From positions 828 through 64,827 of the forward strand of contig JAGWWC010000004.1 of NCBI GenBank assembly GCA_018970545.1: a DNA stretch of 64,000 nt, written 5' to 3'. Below the pieces are notes generated by a model that saw nothing but the letters and a program-made list of their open reading frames with translations, had not been told where the DNA came from and did not search any database. The DNA is from Betaproteobacteria bacterium. Lineage in GTDB: Bacteria > Pseudomonadota > Gammaproteobacteria > Burkholderiales > Burkholderiaceae_A. Below, piece after piece: positions 38,993 to 50,343 of this stretch. Numbering within the stretch: position 1 is the stretch's first letter; each line of letters opens with the position of its first letter. A program made the translations under genes and the position numbers.

Positions 38993-41139
38993 CAGGCCGC
39001 AGGCGTCGTCGCTCCGCCCGGGGCTGGCTCTGCCGCTGCTGGCGCCTCCAGCAGGGCCTTCATGGAGAGTCGCAGACGGCCCTTATCATCCGCCTCAAGG
39101 ACCTTGACCCGAATGGACTGGCCCTCTTTGAGGTAATCGGAGACCTGATTCACGCGCTCATTGGCAATCTGCGAAATATGCAGCAAACCATCTTTGCCCG
39201 GCAGGATGGAAACAATGGCACCAAATTCCAGAAGGCGCAGCACGGTGCCGTCATAGACCTTGCCCACCTCGACCTCGGCAGTGAGTTCTTCAATCCGCTT
39301 TTGCGCCGCCCGCGCGGCATCGGCTGTTGTCGCGGCAATCGTAATCGAACCGTCTTCCGAGATGTCGATCGTGGTACCGGTCTCTTCTGTGATGGCGCGA
39401 ATGGTTGCGCCGCCCTTGCCGATCACATCACGGATACGTTCCGGATTGATCTTCATGGTGTAGAGACGCGGCGCAAACTCAGAGAGCTCCTCTCGCGCGT
39501 GATCCAGGGTGGCCTTCATTTTTCCGAGAATGTGCATGCGGCCATCGCGGGCCTGCGCCAGGGCAACCTGCATGATTTCTTTGGTAATGCCCTGGATCTT
39601 GATGTCCATCTGCAGCGCTGTCACGCCCTGCTCTGTGCCGGCGACCTTGAAATCCATATCGCCTAAGTGATCCTCGTCTCCGAGAATGTCGGTCAGCACA
39701 GCAAATCGGCCACCCTCTTTGATGAGACCCATCGCAATGCCCGCCACATGGGCCTTCAGCGGCACGCCTGCATCCATCAACGCCAGACATCCGCCGCAGA
39801 CCGAGGCCATCGATGAAGAGCCGTTGGACTCAGTAATTTCGGAGACCACGCGCATGGAGTAGGCGAACTCTTCCGGGCTGGGCAGCACGGCGACTAAGGC
39901 CCGCTTGGCCAGCCGGCCGTGGCCGATCTCGCGACGCTTAGGGGATCCGACACGGCCCGTCTCACCGGTGGCAAACGGCGGCATGTTGTAGTGAAGCATG
40001 AAGCGATCACGGTACTCACCGGCCAAAGCATCGATAATTTGCTCATCACGCGTGGTGCCCAGCGTGGCCACCACCAGGGCCTGCGTTTCACCACGCGTAA
40101 AAAGCGCTGTGCCGTGGGTTCTCGGCAAGACGCCAGTGCGAATTGAAATCGGCCGCACCGTCCGCGTATCGCGTCCATCGATGCGGGGCTCACCGTTCAG
40201 AATCTGCGAACGCACCACATTGGCCTCAATCGAGAACAACGTCTCGGAGACGAGGTTGCCATCCACGGATTTGCCCGCGGCTGCAGACTCCTCGGCGATC
40301 TTCGTTTCGATCTCGGCGTAAATGGTTTTGAGCTTCTGGGAGCGCTCCTGCTTGTTGCGCATGCCATAGGCTTCGCGAAGCGGCGCCTCCGCTAGGGATT
40401 TCACTCGGGAAATCAAGGCCTCGTCCTTCTCGGCAGGCTTCCAGTCCCACTCGGGCTTTCCGGCCTTTTCCACCAAGCGATTGATCGCGGCAATTGCGAG
40501 CCGGCCCTGCTCATGACCAAACACAACGCCACCGAGCATGACCTCTTCGGACAGCTGCTGCGCCTCGGACTCCACCATCAGCACCGCGGACTCGGTGCCC
40601 GAGACCACGAGGTCCATCTGCGAGACCTTCAGTTGCGAGGCCGTGGGATTGAGCACGTACTGGCCATCGATATAGCCAACGCGGGCTGCACCGATTGGGC
40701 CGTTAAACGGCACACCTGAGATGGCCATTGCAGCCGAAGCGCCAATCATCGCGGGAATATCGGGATCGATCTCTGGGTTGAGCGACAGCACGGTACAGAC
40801 CACCTGCACCTCGTTGTAAAAGCCATCGGGAAACAGCGGCCGCAGGGGGCGATCAATGAGTCGGCAGGTCAGGGTTTCTTTTTCGGATGGACGGCCCTCA
40901 CGCTTGAAAAATCCCCCGGGAATTTTTCCCGCTGCGTAAGTCTTCTCCATGTAATCGACCGTCAGGGGGAAAAAATCCTGGCCGGGTTTGGCGCTCTTGG
41001 CGGCAACGACCGTCGCCAAGACGATCGTGTCTTCGACATTCACAATCACCGCGCCCGAGGCCTGGCGGGCGATCTCGCCCGTTTCTAAAATGACCTTGTG
41101 CTGGCCGTACTGAAACTCTTCTTTTGCAATATTGAACAC
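38992..41139 (-). CDS. pnp: Polyribonucleotide nucleotidyltransferase
   Basis: Two RNase PH domains, [18 protein letters not shown] and S1 domains. Confidence 0.98.
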   Translation of the reverse strand: MFNIAKEEFQYGQHKVILETGEIARQASGAVIVNVEDTIVLATVVAAKSAKPGQDFFPLTVDYMEKTYAAGKIPGGFFKREGRPSEKETLTCRLIDRPLRPLFPDGFYNEVQVVCTVLSLNPEIDPDIPAMIGASAAMAISGVPFNGPIGAARVGYIDGQYVLNPTASQLKVSQMDLVVSGTESAVLMVESEAQQLSEEVMLGGVVFGHEQGRLAIAAINRLVEKAGKPEWDWKPAEKDEALISRVKSLAEAPLREAYGMRNKQERSQKLKTIYAEIETKIAEESAAAGKSVDGNLVSETLFSIEANVVRSQILNGEPRIDGRDTRTVRPISIRTGVLPRTHGTALFTRGETQALVVATLGTTRDEQIIDALAGEYRDRFMLHYNMPPFATGETGRVGSPKRREIGHGRLAKRALVAVLPSPEEFAYSMRVVSEITESNGSSSMASVCGGCLALMDAGVPLKAHVAGIAMGLIKEGGRFAVLTDILGDEDHLGDMDFKVAGTEQGVTALQMDIKIQGITKEIMQVALAQARDGRMHILGKMKATLDHAREELSEFAPRLYTMKINPERIRDVIGKGGATIRAITEETGTTIDISEDGSITIAATTADAARAAQKRIEELTAEVEVGKVYDGTVLRLLEFGAIVSILPGKDGLLHISQIANERVNQVSDYLKEGQSIRVKVLEADDKGRLRLSMKALLEAPAAAEPAPGGATTPAA

Positions 41140-41185
41140 GACGCTTCCTTCTCTCAGTCAACATTCATTTCGATAAATCGGCCAC

Positions 41186-41222
41186 AAAAAATGCCCGCGC
41201 GGCAAAACCGGGCAGGCATTTT
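41186..41222 (-). terminator. Intrinsic terminator after rpsO
   Basis: Minus strand AAAATGCCTGCCCGG-TTTTG-CCGCGCGGGCAT followed by a T run. Confidence 0.75.
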
Positions 41223-41277
41223 CTTTGGGGTTTGCATCAGACGGGGCAGCGGAATCGCAGGGCGTTGAGTCCCAACC

Positions 41278-41547
41278 TTATTTCCGCAGGCCCAGACGCT
41301 CGATCAGGGTCCGATAGCCCTGAACATCGGTGCGCTTTAGGTAGTCCAGAAGCTTTCGACGCCGGCTCACCATCTTCAGCAGGCCACGACGGGAGTGGTG
41401 GTCTTTTGCATGGTTTTTAAAATGGTCGGTGAGGTCATTGATGCGGGCTGTTAAGAGCGCGACCTGTACCTCAGGACTTCCGGTGTCGTTTTTGGCGCGC
41501 TGGTACTGCGCCATGATTTCAGGCTTATTTAACGTGGCGACGGGCAT
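41278..41547 (-). CDS. rpsO: 30S ribosomal protein S15
   Basis: [13 protein letters not shown] and KDHHSRRGL motifs. Confidence 0.98.
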   Translation of the reverse strand: MPVATLNKPEIMAQYQRAKNDTGSPEVQVALLTARINDLTDHFKNHAKDHHSRRGLLKMVSRRRKLLDYLKRTDVQGYRTLIERLGLRK

Positions 41548-41638
41548 GTGGATCTCCTGTAGATGCCTTGGGACTTGCGGCCGGGCCTGCCAGGGCCCGC
41601 CGTGCTGGGGTCGCTTTTCAGCAACCCCTTGAATTATA
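41548..41638 (-). promoter_or_regulatory. rpsO -10 element and structured 5' leader
   Basis: TATAAT at 41633-41638, followed by the hairpins GGGGUUGCU-GAAA-AGCGACCCC and GGGCC-CUGGCA-GGCCC. Confidence 0.55.
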
Positions 41639-41692
41639 AAGGAAATTTACCCCGCAAGCCAGGGCCTCAGGGCTGACCGCTGGACTTATCGA

Positions 41693-43231
41693 TCAGACGA
41701 GCTGCGGATTGAGCTTCTCGGCCCGGCTCTCCAGCTTATTTAAGGCATTCAGGTAGGCCTTGGCCGATGCAACCACGATGTCCGGATCCGCCCCCACGCC
41801 ATTGACGATCCGTCCGGCCTTGGAAAGCCGCATGGTCACCTCGCCTTGGGACTGGGTGCCCGTGGTGATCGCGTTCACCGAAAACAGCAGCAGCTCCGAG
41901 CCGCTGCCGACCCGGGACTCGATCGCATTGACAGTGGCATCGACCGGGCCGTTGCCCTGGCCTTCAGCCGCAATCTCTTCGCCTTGGACCGAGAACACCA
42001 CCCGCGCCTGAGGGCGCTCCCCAGTCTCTGAGCGCTGAGAAAGCGACAAAAATCGATAACGCTCCTGGGCGTGCTCCAGCGACTCGCCTGAAACCAGGGC
42101 CTGAAGGTCTTCGTCAAAGATCTCGGACTTTCGATCGGCCAGGTCCTTAAAACGGCTAAAGGCCTCATTGAGTTCCTGCTCAGAATCAAACTCAATGCCC
42201 AAATCGGTGAGCCGCTGCTTGAAGGCATTACGGCCCGACAGCTTGCCCAGCGAAATCTTGTTGGCAGACCAGCCCACATCCTGTGCCCGCATGATTTCGT
42301 ATGTCTCACGATGCTTTAAAACACCGTCTTGATGAATGCCGGACTCATGGGCGAACGCATTTGCGCCGACCACGGCCTTGTTGGGCTGCACGGGATAGCC
42401 CGTAATCTGCGATACCAGCCGAGAGCTGGCCACAATCTGGGTAGTATCAATCTGAGTATCGCACTTGAAAATGTCCTGGCGGACCTTGACCGCCATGACG
42501 ATCTCTTCGAGGCTGGCGTTGCCAGCCCGCTCACCAAGGCCGTTGATCGTGCACTCCACCTGACGGGCGCCATTGAGCACTGCCGATAAGGAATTAGCGA
42601 CTGCCATGCCCAGATCGTTATGGCAGTGGGCCGACCAGACCACGCGATCAGCGCCCGGGGTGCGCGCGATCAGCTGATGAAACCACTCGCCAATCACGCC
42701 GGGCACGCTGTAGCCCACCGTATCCGGCACATTGATGGTCTTGGCGCCCGCCTGAATCACCTCACCGAAGATGCGCACAAGAAAATCAAGGTCGCTGCGA
42801 ATCGCATCTTCTGCAGAGAACTCCACATCATCGGTGTATTCTCGCGCCAGCCGAACGCCCTGCACCGCCGCCTCCACGACTTGATCGGGATGCATGCGCA
42901 GCTTTTTTTCCATGTGGATTGGGCTTGTCGCAATGAAGGTATGGATTCGGCCCTTGGCAGCAGGACGAATTGCTTCACCAGCTGCGCGAATATCTTTCTC
43001 CGAAACTCGCGCCAGCGAGCAGACTGTGCTGGACTTGATGGTTTCCGCAATGGCGCGAATCGCATCGAAATCCCCAGGGCTCGAAGCGGCAAAGCCCGCC
43101 TCAATCACGTCGACCCGAAGCCGCTCTAGCTGCCGGGCGATACGAATCTTTTCATCCTTGGTCATTGATGCGCCTGGGCTCTGCTCCCCGTCGCGTAAGG
43201 TAGTGTCGAAAATAATCAATCGGTCAGTCAT
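41693..43231 (-). CDS. leuA: 2-isopropylmalate synthase
   Basis: [31 protein letters not shown] and a C-terminal regulatory domain. Confidence 0.97.
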   Translation of the reverse strand: MTDRLIIFDTTLRDGEQSPGASMTKDEKIRIARQLERLRVDVIEAGFAASSPGDFDAIRAIAETIKSSTVCSLARVSEKDIRAAGEAIRPAAKGRIHTFIATSPIHMEKKLRMHPDQVVEAAVQGVRLAREYTDDVEFSAEDAIRSDLDFLVRIFGEVIQAGAKTINVPDTVGYSVPGVIGEWFHQLIARTPGADRVVWSAHCHNDLGMAVANSLSAVLNGARQVECTINGLGERAGNASLEEIVMAVKVRQDIFKCDTQIDTTQIVASSRLVSQITGYPVQPNKAVVGANAFAHESGIHQDGVLKHRETYEIMRAQDVGWSANKISLGKLSGRNAFKQRLTDLGIEFDSEQELNEAFSRFKDLADRKSEIFDEDLQALVSGESLEHAQERYRFLSLSQRSETGERPQARVVFSVQGEEIAAEGQGNGPVDATVNAIESRVGSGSELLLFSVNAITTGTQSQGEVTMRLSKAGRIVNGVGADPDIVVASAKAYLNALNKLESRAEKLNPQLV

Positions 43232-43363
43232 ATCGCGGTGTCCTTTGCGGTCCTAGTCGTCCCAGACGCAACGCATTTCCAAGCGCATCGCCAGGGCTGT
43301 TATCTCTTTGGGGGGTCTGACGATTATTTTTCCGGCGCAGACCATGCCGGTGGGGGTCGAGAG

Positions 43364-43435
43364 TTAGCGCCCGAGGCGCAGTCGACCTAGGGGGCGAAGT
43401 AGAAGAAGGGTGAAACCACAATTCAAGGATTGCAT
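43364..43435 (-). CDS. Leucine-rich leader peptide MQSLNCGFTLLLLRPLGRLRLGR
   Basis: 23 codons with 8 Leu, including CTT CTT CTA CTT; lies upstream of leuA; absent from the supplied ORF track. Confidence 0.8.
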   Translation of the reverse strand: MQSLNCGFTLLLLRPLGRLRLGR

Positions 43436-43442
43436 GGCGAAG

Positions 43443-43472
43443 ACTATAAATCTTTTTGATCAGACTCTGCAA
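43443..43472 (-). promoter_or_regulatory. sigma70-type promoter for the leu leader
   Basis: TTGCAG-N18-TATAGT, ending 7 nt before the leader ATG. Confidence 0.6.
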
Positions 43473-44223
43473 ATACCTCGACCTTCTCCCCGCGGGCCTT
43501 TCGCCAAAAAAACAACAGCCAGCCGGAGAGCCCATAGGCCAGCATCAGCAAAAACAACAGGCTGGGAGGATCCTGAGAAATCAGCACCAGACCCAGAGCG
43601 ACCAGAAAAATCATGGCGTAGGGGACACTGCGTCGGAGATTGAGATCTTTGAAGCTGTAAAACGGTACGCTGGAAACCATCGACAGGCCCGCATAGACCG
43701 CGACTGCCCAGGAGACCCAGCGTAAATCCGCAGCGGAATAATCGATCCATCGGGTCTCACGAAGATCTGTTGCTACCCAGACTAGCCCTGCAAGCAATGC
43801 GGCGGCGGCCGGGCTCGGCAGCCCCTGAAAAAATCGCTTATCGACAATTGTGATGTTGGTATTGAAGCGGGCCAGTCGCAATGCGGCACCCGCGACATAA
43901 ACAAAGGCAGCAAGCCAGCCAAACTTCCCCAGGCTCTGCAAAGACCACATATAAATAATCAACGCGGGGGCCGCGCCAAAGGCCACCATATCCGCGAGGC
44001 TGTCGTATTGGGCGCCAAAATCCGAGGTGGTGTTGGTCAGCCGGGCCACGCGCCCATCCAGGCTGTCGAGCACCATGGCCACAAAGATCGCAATCGCTGC
44101 CTCAGTAAATCGGCCATGCATGGCCTGCACAATGGCGAAAAATCCCGCAAACAGGCAGCCCGTCGTGAACAGATTGGGCAGTAGGTAGATACTGGTGCGG
44201 CGTCGTGGCAGTCGTTGATTCAT
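43444..44223 (-). CDS. pssA: CDP-diacylglycerol--serine O-phosphatidyltransferase
   Basis: LPNLFT, DSLDGRVAR..GAQYDSLAD, RLARFN and FQGLPSP motifs. Confidence 0.95.
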   Translation of the reverse strand: MNQRLPRRRTSIYLLPNLFTTGCLFAGFFAIVQAMHGRFTEAAIAIFVAMVLDSLDGRVARLTNTTSDFGAQYDSLADMVAFGAAPALIIYMWSLQSLGKFGWLAAFVYVAGAALRLARFNTNITIVDKRFFQGLPSPAAAALLAGLVWVATDLRETRWIDYSAADLRWVSWAVAVYAGLSMVSSVPFYSFKDLNLRRSVPYAMIFLVALGLVLISQDPPSLLFLLMLAYGLSGWLLFFWRKARGEKVEVFAESDQKDL

Positions 44224-44274
44224 GATGGCTTTACTTGCGATCCGATCCCAATTCAGCCGCCGGCCATCGGCACA

Positions 44275-44930
44275 TTACCAGCGGGCCAGGGCAGTTGAGT
44301 GGGCGTAGACCTTGTCTCCCACGGAGACTAACGCCTGCGTGCCGGGCGGGCAATAGACATCCACCCGCGAACCGAAACGGATAAAGCCATAGCGGGCGCC
44401 CCGCAAAAGGCTGTCTCCTGGCTTGACGTAAGAAAGAATTCTGCGGGCCACCAAGCCGGCAATCTGGATACAGGTGAGGCGCCGGCCCTGTGGATCCTCG
44501 ATCACCATGGCACTGCGCTCGTTTTGTTCAGACGCCTTATCAATTGCCGCATTAAAAAAAGCGCCTGGAAAATATTGCACATCCATGACGCGGCCCTGAA
44601 TCGGCGCGCGGTTGGAGTGCACATTAAACACATTCATAAAGACACTGATCTTTAGCGAATCCTGGCCAGTGATTGGGTCAATGGCCTTCCCCACGACGAC
44701 GATACGGCCATCGGCCGGCGATGTAATCAGGCCTTCACCGACCGGTGGCGTGCGCGCAGGGTCGCGAAAAAACTGGACGACAAAAACCGCAACCAGCCAC
44801 AGCAAAACAGCAGCCACAGTCCAGTCAAGCCAAGTGGCGACAAGGGCCAGGCCGACCGTGAGGCCTACAAATGGCCAGCCCTCCCGGGCAATGATCGGAT
44901 GGGGATAAAGACGAACGTCGTCTGCGGCCA

Positions 44931-44931
<1 letters not shown>
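44275..44931 (-). CDS. psd: Phosphatidylserine decarboxylase
   Basis: [18 protein letters not shown] and the FGS autocleavage site. Confidence 0.95.
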
Positions 44932-46471
<1,540 letters not shown>

Positions 46472-46480
46472 ATCGAGCTC

Positions 46481-48199
46481 CTAGAGGTCTTCGGAGCCGA
46501 GCAGCATCTCCGTCAGCCCTTTTCCGGTTTGCACCATCGGCCAGACGTTTTCTTCTTGATCGGTGATGAAGTCCATGAACACCAAACGATCTTTCATGTT
46601 AAACGCCTCGCGTAAAGCGGGCTCCACATCGGCTGGCTTGTGAATCTGCATGCCGACATGGCCGTAGGCCTCGGCAAGTTTCACAAAGTCTGGCAGTGAA
46701 TCCATATACGACTCGGCGTAGCGGCTCTCGTATTCAATCTCTTGCCACTGCCGCACCATGCCGAGATAGCGATTATTCAGGTTCACAACCTTCACCGGCA
46801 GACGGTATTGCTGGCAGGTGGAGAGTTCTTGGATACACATTTGTATCGAACCCTCGCCTGTGATGCAGGCCACTTCCGCTTCCGGATGGGCCAGCTTGAC
46901 GCCCATCGCATAGGGAAGGCCCACGCCCATCGTGCCAAGGCCCCCCGAGTTGATCCAACGGCGGGGATAGTCAAACTTGTAATACTGGGCAGCGAACATC
47001 TGATGCTGGCCGACGTCTGAGGTTACAAAGGCCTCGCCCTTCGTGACCTCCCAGAGCTTTTCCACCACATACTGCGGCTTGATGACATCACCATTTTGTT
47101 TGTAGCGCAGGCAATCCCGCTTGCGCCATTCTTCGATCTGGGCCCACCAGGGTGCGATTGCCTTGCGATCCGGGCCGTGGCCCGCGGCAATCGCTTCTTT
47201 GATCTGCGCCAGCATTTCGCGCATGACCTCACCCACCTCACCCACAATGGGCACATCCACCTTCACGCGCTTGGAGATGGAAGACGGATCAATGTCGACA
47301 TGGATGATTTTCCGTGGATTCTGAGCGAAGTGTTTGGGGTTGCCAATCACACGATCATCAAATCGAGCACCAATACCCACCAAGACATCGCAATGCTGCA
47401 TGGCCATGTTGCACTCATAAGTGCCGTGCATGCCCGGCATGCCAAGAAACTTCGAATCGGTGGCGGGATAGGCGCCGAGGCCCATCAGCGTGTTGGTGCA
47501 AGGATAGCCAAGTAAGTCCACCAGTTCACGCAGTTCCTTCGAGGCGTTGCCGAGAATAATTCCACCGCCGGTGTAAATCATCGGCCGCTCGGCTGACAAA
47601 ATTAACTGCACCGCCTTTTTAATCTGACCCGAATGGCCTTTCACCACGGGGTTATAGGAGCGCATGGTGACTTCTTTGGGATAGTCGAACTTACAACGAT
47701 TACGGGTAATGTCCTTTGGGATGTCCACGAGCACTGGCCCCGGCCGGCCGGTGCGGGCCAGGTGAAAGGCTTTCTTGATGGTGATGGCCAAATCTTTGAC
47801 GTCTTTGACAAGAAAATTGTGTTTCACACACGGCCGTGTGATGCCAACGGTGTCGCACTCTTGGAATGCATCCAAGCCAATTGCATGGGTCGGAACCTGG
47901 CCGGAGAGGATCACCATGGGGATGGAGTCCATAAAGGCAGTCGCGATGCCCGTGACTGCGTTGGTCACTCCAGGTCCGCTGGTCACCAGGGCCACGCCAA
48001 CACTTTCCGTCGAGCGTGCATAGGCGTCTGCAGCATGGACGGCCGCCTGCTCGTGGCGCACCAGGATGTGCTTGAATTTGTCTTGCTTGTAAATCTCGTC
48101 GTAAATGTAGAGGACGGCCCCGCCGGGGTATCCGAAGATGTGGTCTACCTGCTCTTCATGCAGGCAGCGCACGACGATTTCTGCGCCAGTAATTTCCAT
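46481..48199 (-). CDS. ilvI: Acetolactate synthase large subunit
   Basis: FGYPGGA, RHEQ, TSGPG, DVGQHQM and NSGGLGTMG; ThDP-binding motif. Confidence 0.96.
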   Translation of the reverse strand: MEITGAEIVVRCLHEEQVDHIFGYPGGAVLYIYDEIYKQDKFKHILVRHEQAAVHAADAYARSTESVGVALVTSGPGVTNAVTGIATAFMDSIPMVILSGQVPTHAIGLDAFQECDTVGITRPCVKHNFLVKDVKDLAITIKKAFHLARTGRPGPVLVDIPKDITRNRCKFDYPKEVTMRSYNPVVKGHSGQIKKAVQLILSAERPMIYTGGGIILGNASKELRELVDLLGYPCTNTLMGLGAYPATDSKFLGMPGMHGTYECNMAMQHCDVLVGIGARFDDRVIGNPKHFAQNPRKIIHVDIDPSSISKRVKVDVPIVGEVGEVMREMLAQIKEAIAAGHGPDRKAIAPWWAQIEEWRKRDCLRYKQNGDVIKPQYVVEKLWEVTKGEAFVTSDVGQHQMFAAQYYKFDYPRRWINSGGLGTMGVGLPYAMGVKLAHPEAEVACITGEGSIQMCIQELSTCQQYRLPVKVVNLNNRYLGMVRQWQEIEYESRYAESYMDSLPDFVKLAEAYGHVGMQIHKPADVEPALREAFNMKDRLVFMDFITDQEENVWPMVQTGKGLTEMLLGSEDL

Positions 48200-48374
48200 A
48201 GGTTGGTGGTCCTATCAAGATCCAGTGATCCTTACCCGCCGGCACCACCCACGCTCCGGTGGGGAGTCGGCGATGCAGGCCTTGAGCAAGGGCTTTGAGT
48301 TGACGGATCGCCGTTGCCGACTCTTGTGAAGCCGGTACCGGCAAGGTCAAGCCTGCTAATTTAACATACCCATT

Positions 48375-48947
48375 ATGGACACCAAGGCCCTGGAGGGCTT
48401 TCTCGCGGCGGTCGAACGCCGTGCATTTCGCATCGCAATGCTCGGCGTTCGCAATGAGGATGTTGCCCTGGATCTGGTGCAGGAGGCCATGATGCGGCTG
48501 GCCGAGAAGTACGCGAACCGAGGCCCGGATGAGTGGCCAATGCTGTTTCAGCGGATTCTGCAAAATGCCATCCTGGACCACCATCGACGGCAAAAGGTCC
48601 GCCGAGCCTGGGTGACGCTCTTCGGCGACATGCGGCCAAAGGGAGATGAGGACGCCGATTCGGGGCTGGAGCTCGATGAGGCCGACCTGATGCCGGACGA
48701 GCAGGCTGACGGCCCAGAGCAGAGCCTGGCCCGGAAAAAGCTCCGGCAGCACCTGGAATCGGCAATTGCTGCACTGCCGATTCGTCAACAACAGGCCTTC
48801 CTGCTGCGTTATTGGGAGGGACTGGACATTACGCAAACCGCCCAGGCAATGGGCTGCTCCGAGGGCAGCGTGAAGACCCACTGCTTTCGGGCAGTCAAGG
48901 CCCTGGGCGAATCGGTCGCGTTTTTAAAGCCAGAGTTGAAAGACTAA
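48375..48947 (+). CDS. ECF-type RNA polymerase sigma factor
   Basis: Region 2 (DLVQEAM..W...FQRIL.N) and region 4 (LP.RQ..AFLLRYWEG...GCSEGSVKTH). Confidence 0.92.
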   Translation: MDTKALEGFLAAVERRAFRIAMLGVRNEDVALDLVQEAMMRLAEKYANRGPDEWPMLFQRILQNAILDHHRRQKVRRAWVTLFGDMRPKGDEDADSGLELDEADLMPDEQADGPEQSLARKKLRQHLESAIAALPIRQQQAFLLRYWEGLDITQTAQAMGCSEGSVKTHCFRAVKALGESVAFLKPELKD

Positions 48948-48952
48948 AGACA

Positions 48953-49864
48953 ATGAGCCAACTGATTTACAGAATTCGGCAAGCGCTTCGACAAAGCGAG
49001 CAGGACCTTCCGCCCGAGGTGGCGCACGGCCTGGCGCGGGCCCGGCATGCGGCCGTAAGCCGGGCTGAATCGCGTCGTCTTCACGGAGTCTTTCCGCTCG
49101 CACCCGGCGCCCTATTGGCCTCCCGCCAAATTTGGGGCATGGGGGCGGCGGCGGCCAGCATCCTTGCGGTCGTGGTCGGGCTGGGTCTCGCGGAGGAGCA
49201 GTCCTTTGAACGAAATATTGGCCGAATCGCCGCAATTGATGAGCGGGTCATGCTAGACCGCCTTCCGGTACAGGCTTACCTGGATATCGGCTTTCTTGCC
49301 TTCCAAGAAGAAACCTTGAGCGAATCCGCCTCCGGCATTACGGTGGCCTCACTGAGCCATCAGGCAGGAGCGGCCATTCGTCGATTTTGGACCCCGGATG
49401 CCCTGTTTCGCGGCCAGTCCACTCAGGGCCTGGCCTGGAGCAAACTCACCTCATCGCAGCGCGAGGCCCTTGCCCCACTGGAATCCAATTGGCCTGAGAT
49501 GGAAGAGCATCGCCGCCGCAAATGGGTAAAGATCGCCGATCGGTTCCACCAGTTGAGTGCCGAGCAACAAGCAACTGCCCAAGAGCGCATGCTGGAGTGG
49601 GCCTCACTGCCCGCCTCAGATCGCCGGCAGGCCCGCGCGGCATTCGGCGGCGTTACGGAGGTCATCGCTGAAGATGTCCGCGTCATGAAGTGGAACGAAT
49701 ACCAAAAGCTGAGCCCACAGGAAAAACAGCGCTTAATCGAACTCGCGCAGCAAAAAGTTGCCCAGGCCGGCACGCCCAATGACTCCTCAGGACTGACCGC
49801 AACGCCATCGGAAACCGCGCGTTCTGCTCTTGCTTCTCGGCCCGCCAAGCCGCTCTCCCAGTAG
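48953..49864 (+). CDS. Putative anti-sigma factor (DUF3619-like) fused to a DUF3106-like domain
   Basis: N-terminal L..AR..A helix, one TM segment, LP..AYLD.GF motif, then W..L...Q..AL.PL..W...RKW repeats; ATG 48953 lies 5 nt after the sigma stop. Confidence 0.75.
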   Translation: MSQLIYRIRQALRQSEQDLPPEVAHGLARARHAAVSRAESRRLHGVFPLAPGALLASRQIWGMGAAAASILAVVVGLGLAEEQSFERNIGRIAAIDERVMLDRLPVQAYLDIGFLAFQEETLSESASGITVASLSHQAGAAIRRFWTPDALFRGQSTQGLAWSKLTSSQREALAPLESNWPEMEEHRRRKWVKIADRFHQLSAEQQATAQERMLEWASLPASDRRQARAAFGGVTEVIAEDVRVMKWNEYQKLSPQEKQRLIELAQQKVAQAGTPNDSSGLTATPSETARSALASRPAKPLSQ

Positions 49865-49867
49865 GGA

Positions 49868-50314
49868 TTGGACACCCCGGCATCAGCCTCCGTTTGGAGG
49901 CGGTTCATGGCCATGGTCTATGAGGCCCTCTTGCTTTTTGGGCCGCTGCTGGTTCTGGTCTTTGTCTACTCTTTTGTCGTGGATTTCAGTGACCGAGGGA
50001 ACCCCGATCTGGCCGCCATCAAGCGCATTGGCCTGCAGCTCATCATCGCAGCAGCGTTGTTGCTGTACTTTGCCTGGAGCTGGACCAATGGCCGTTGCAC
50101 TCTTCCCATGCAAACACTGGGCCTTAAGTTGACCACCACGACCGGAGACCACTTAAGCGCCCGTATGGCTGTCGCGCGTGCGCTGCTGGCGATGCCCAGC
50201 GTACTGTTCGGGGTGGGTTTTCTTTGGGCGATCTTTGATCGCGACTCACAGACGCTGCATGATCGGCTAGCGGGAACGCGGCTGATTTACGTTCCCGTCA
50301 ACAAAGTCATCTGA
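49868..50314 (+). CDS. RDD family membrane protein
   Basis: ASVWRRFMA.VYE and QTLHDRLAGT motifs. Confidence 0.88.
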   Translation: MDTPASASVWRRFMAMVYEALLLFGPLLVLVFVYSFVVDFSDRGNPDLAAIKRIGLQLIIAAALLLYFAWSWTNGRCTLPMQTLGLKLTTTTGDHLSARMAVARALLAMPSVLFGVGFLWAIFDRDSQTLHDRLAGTRLIYVPVNKVI

Positions 50315-50343
50315 AAGCGCGAGGCCTCGCCTCGAGTCACCGA

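Noticed and set aside
38743..39666. 307-aa plus-strand ORF
   Set aside because: Antisense shadow of pnp/tpiA.
43327..43350. CCGGC/GCCGG hairpin as the leu attenuator terminator
   Set aside because: On the leuA strand it is followed by an A-run rather than a U-run.
48812..48952. Longer N-terminus for the anti-sigma fusion ORF
   Set aside because: It would overlap the sigma gene by 136 nt; ATG 48953 fits the operon spacing.
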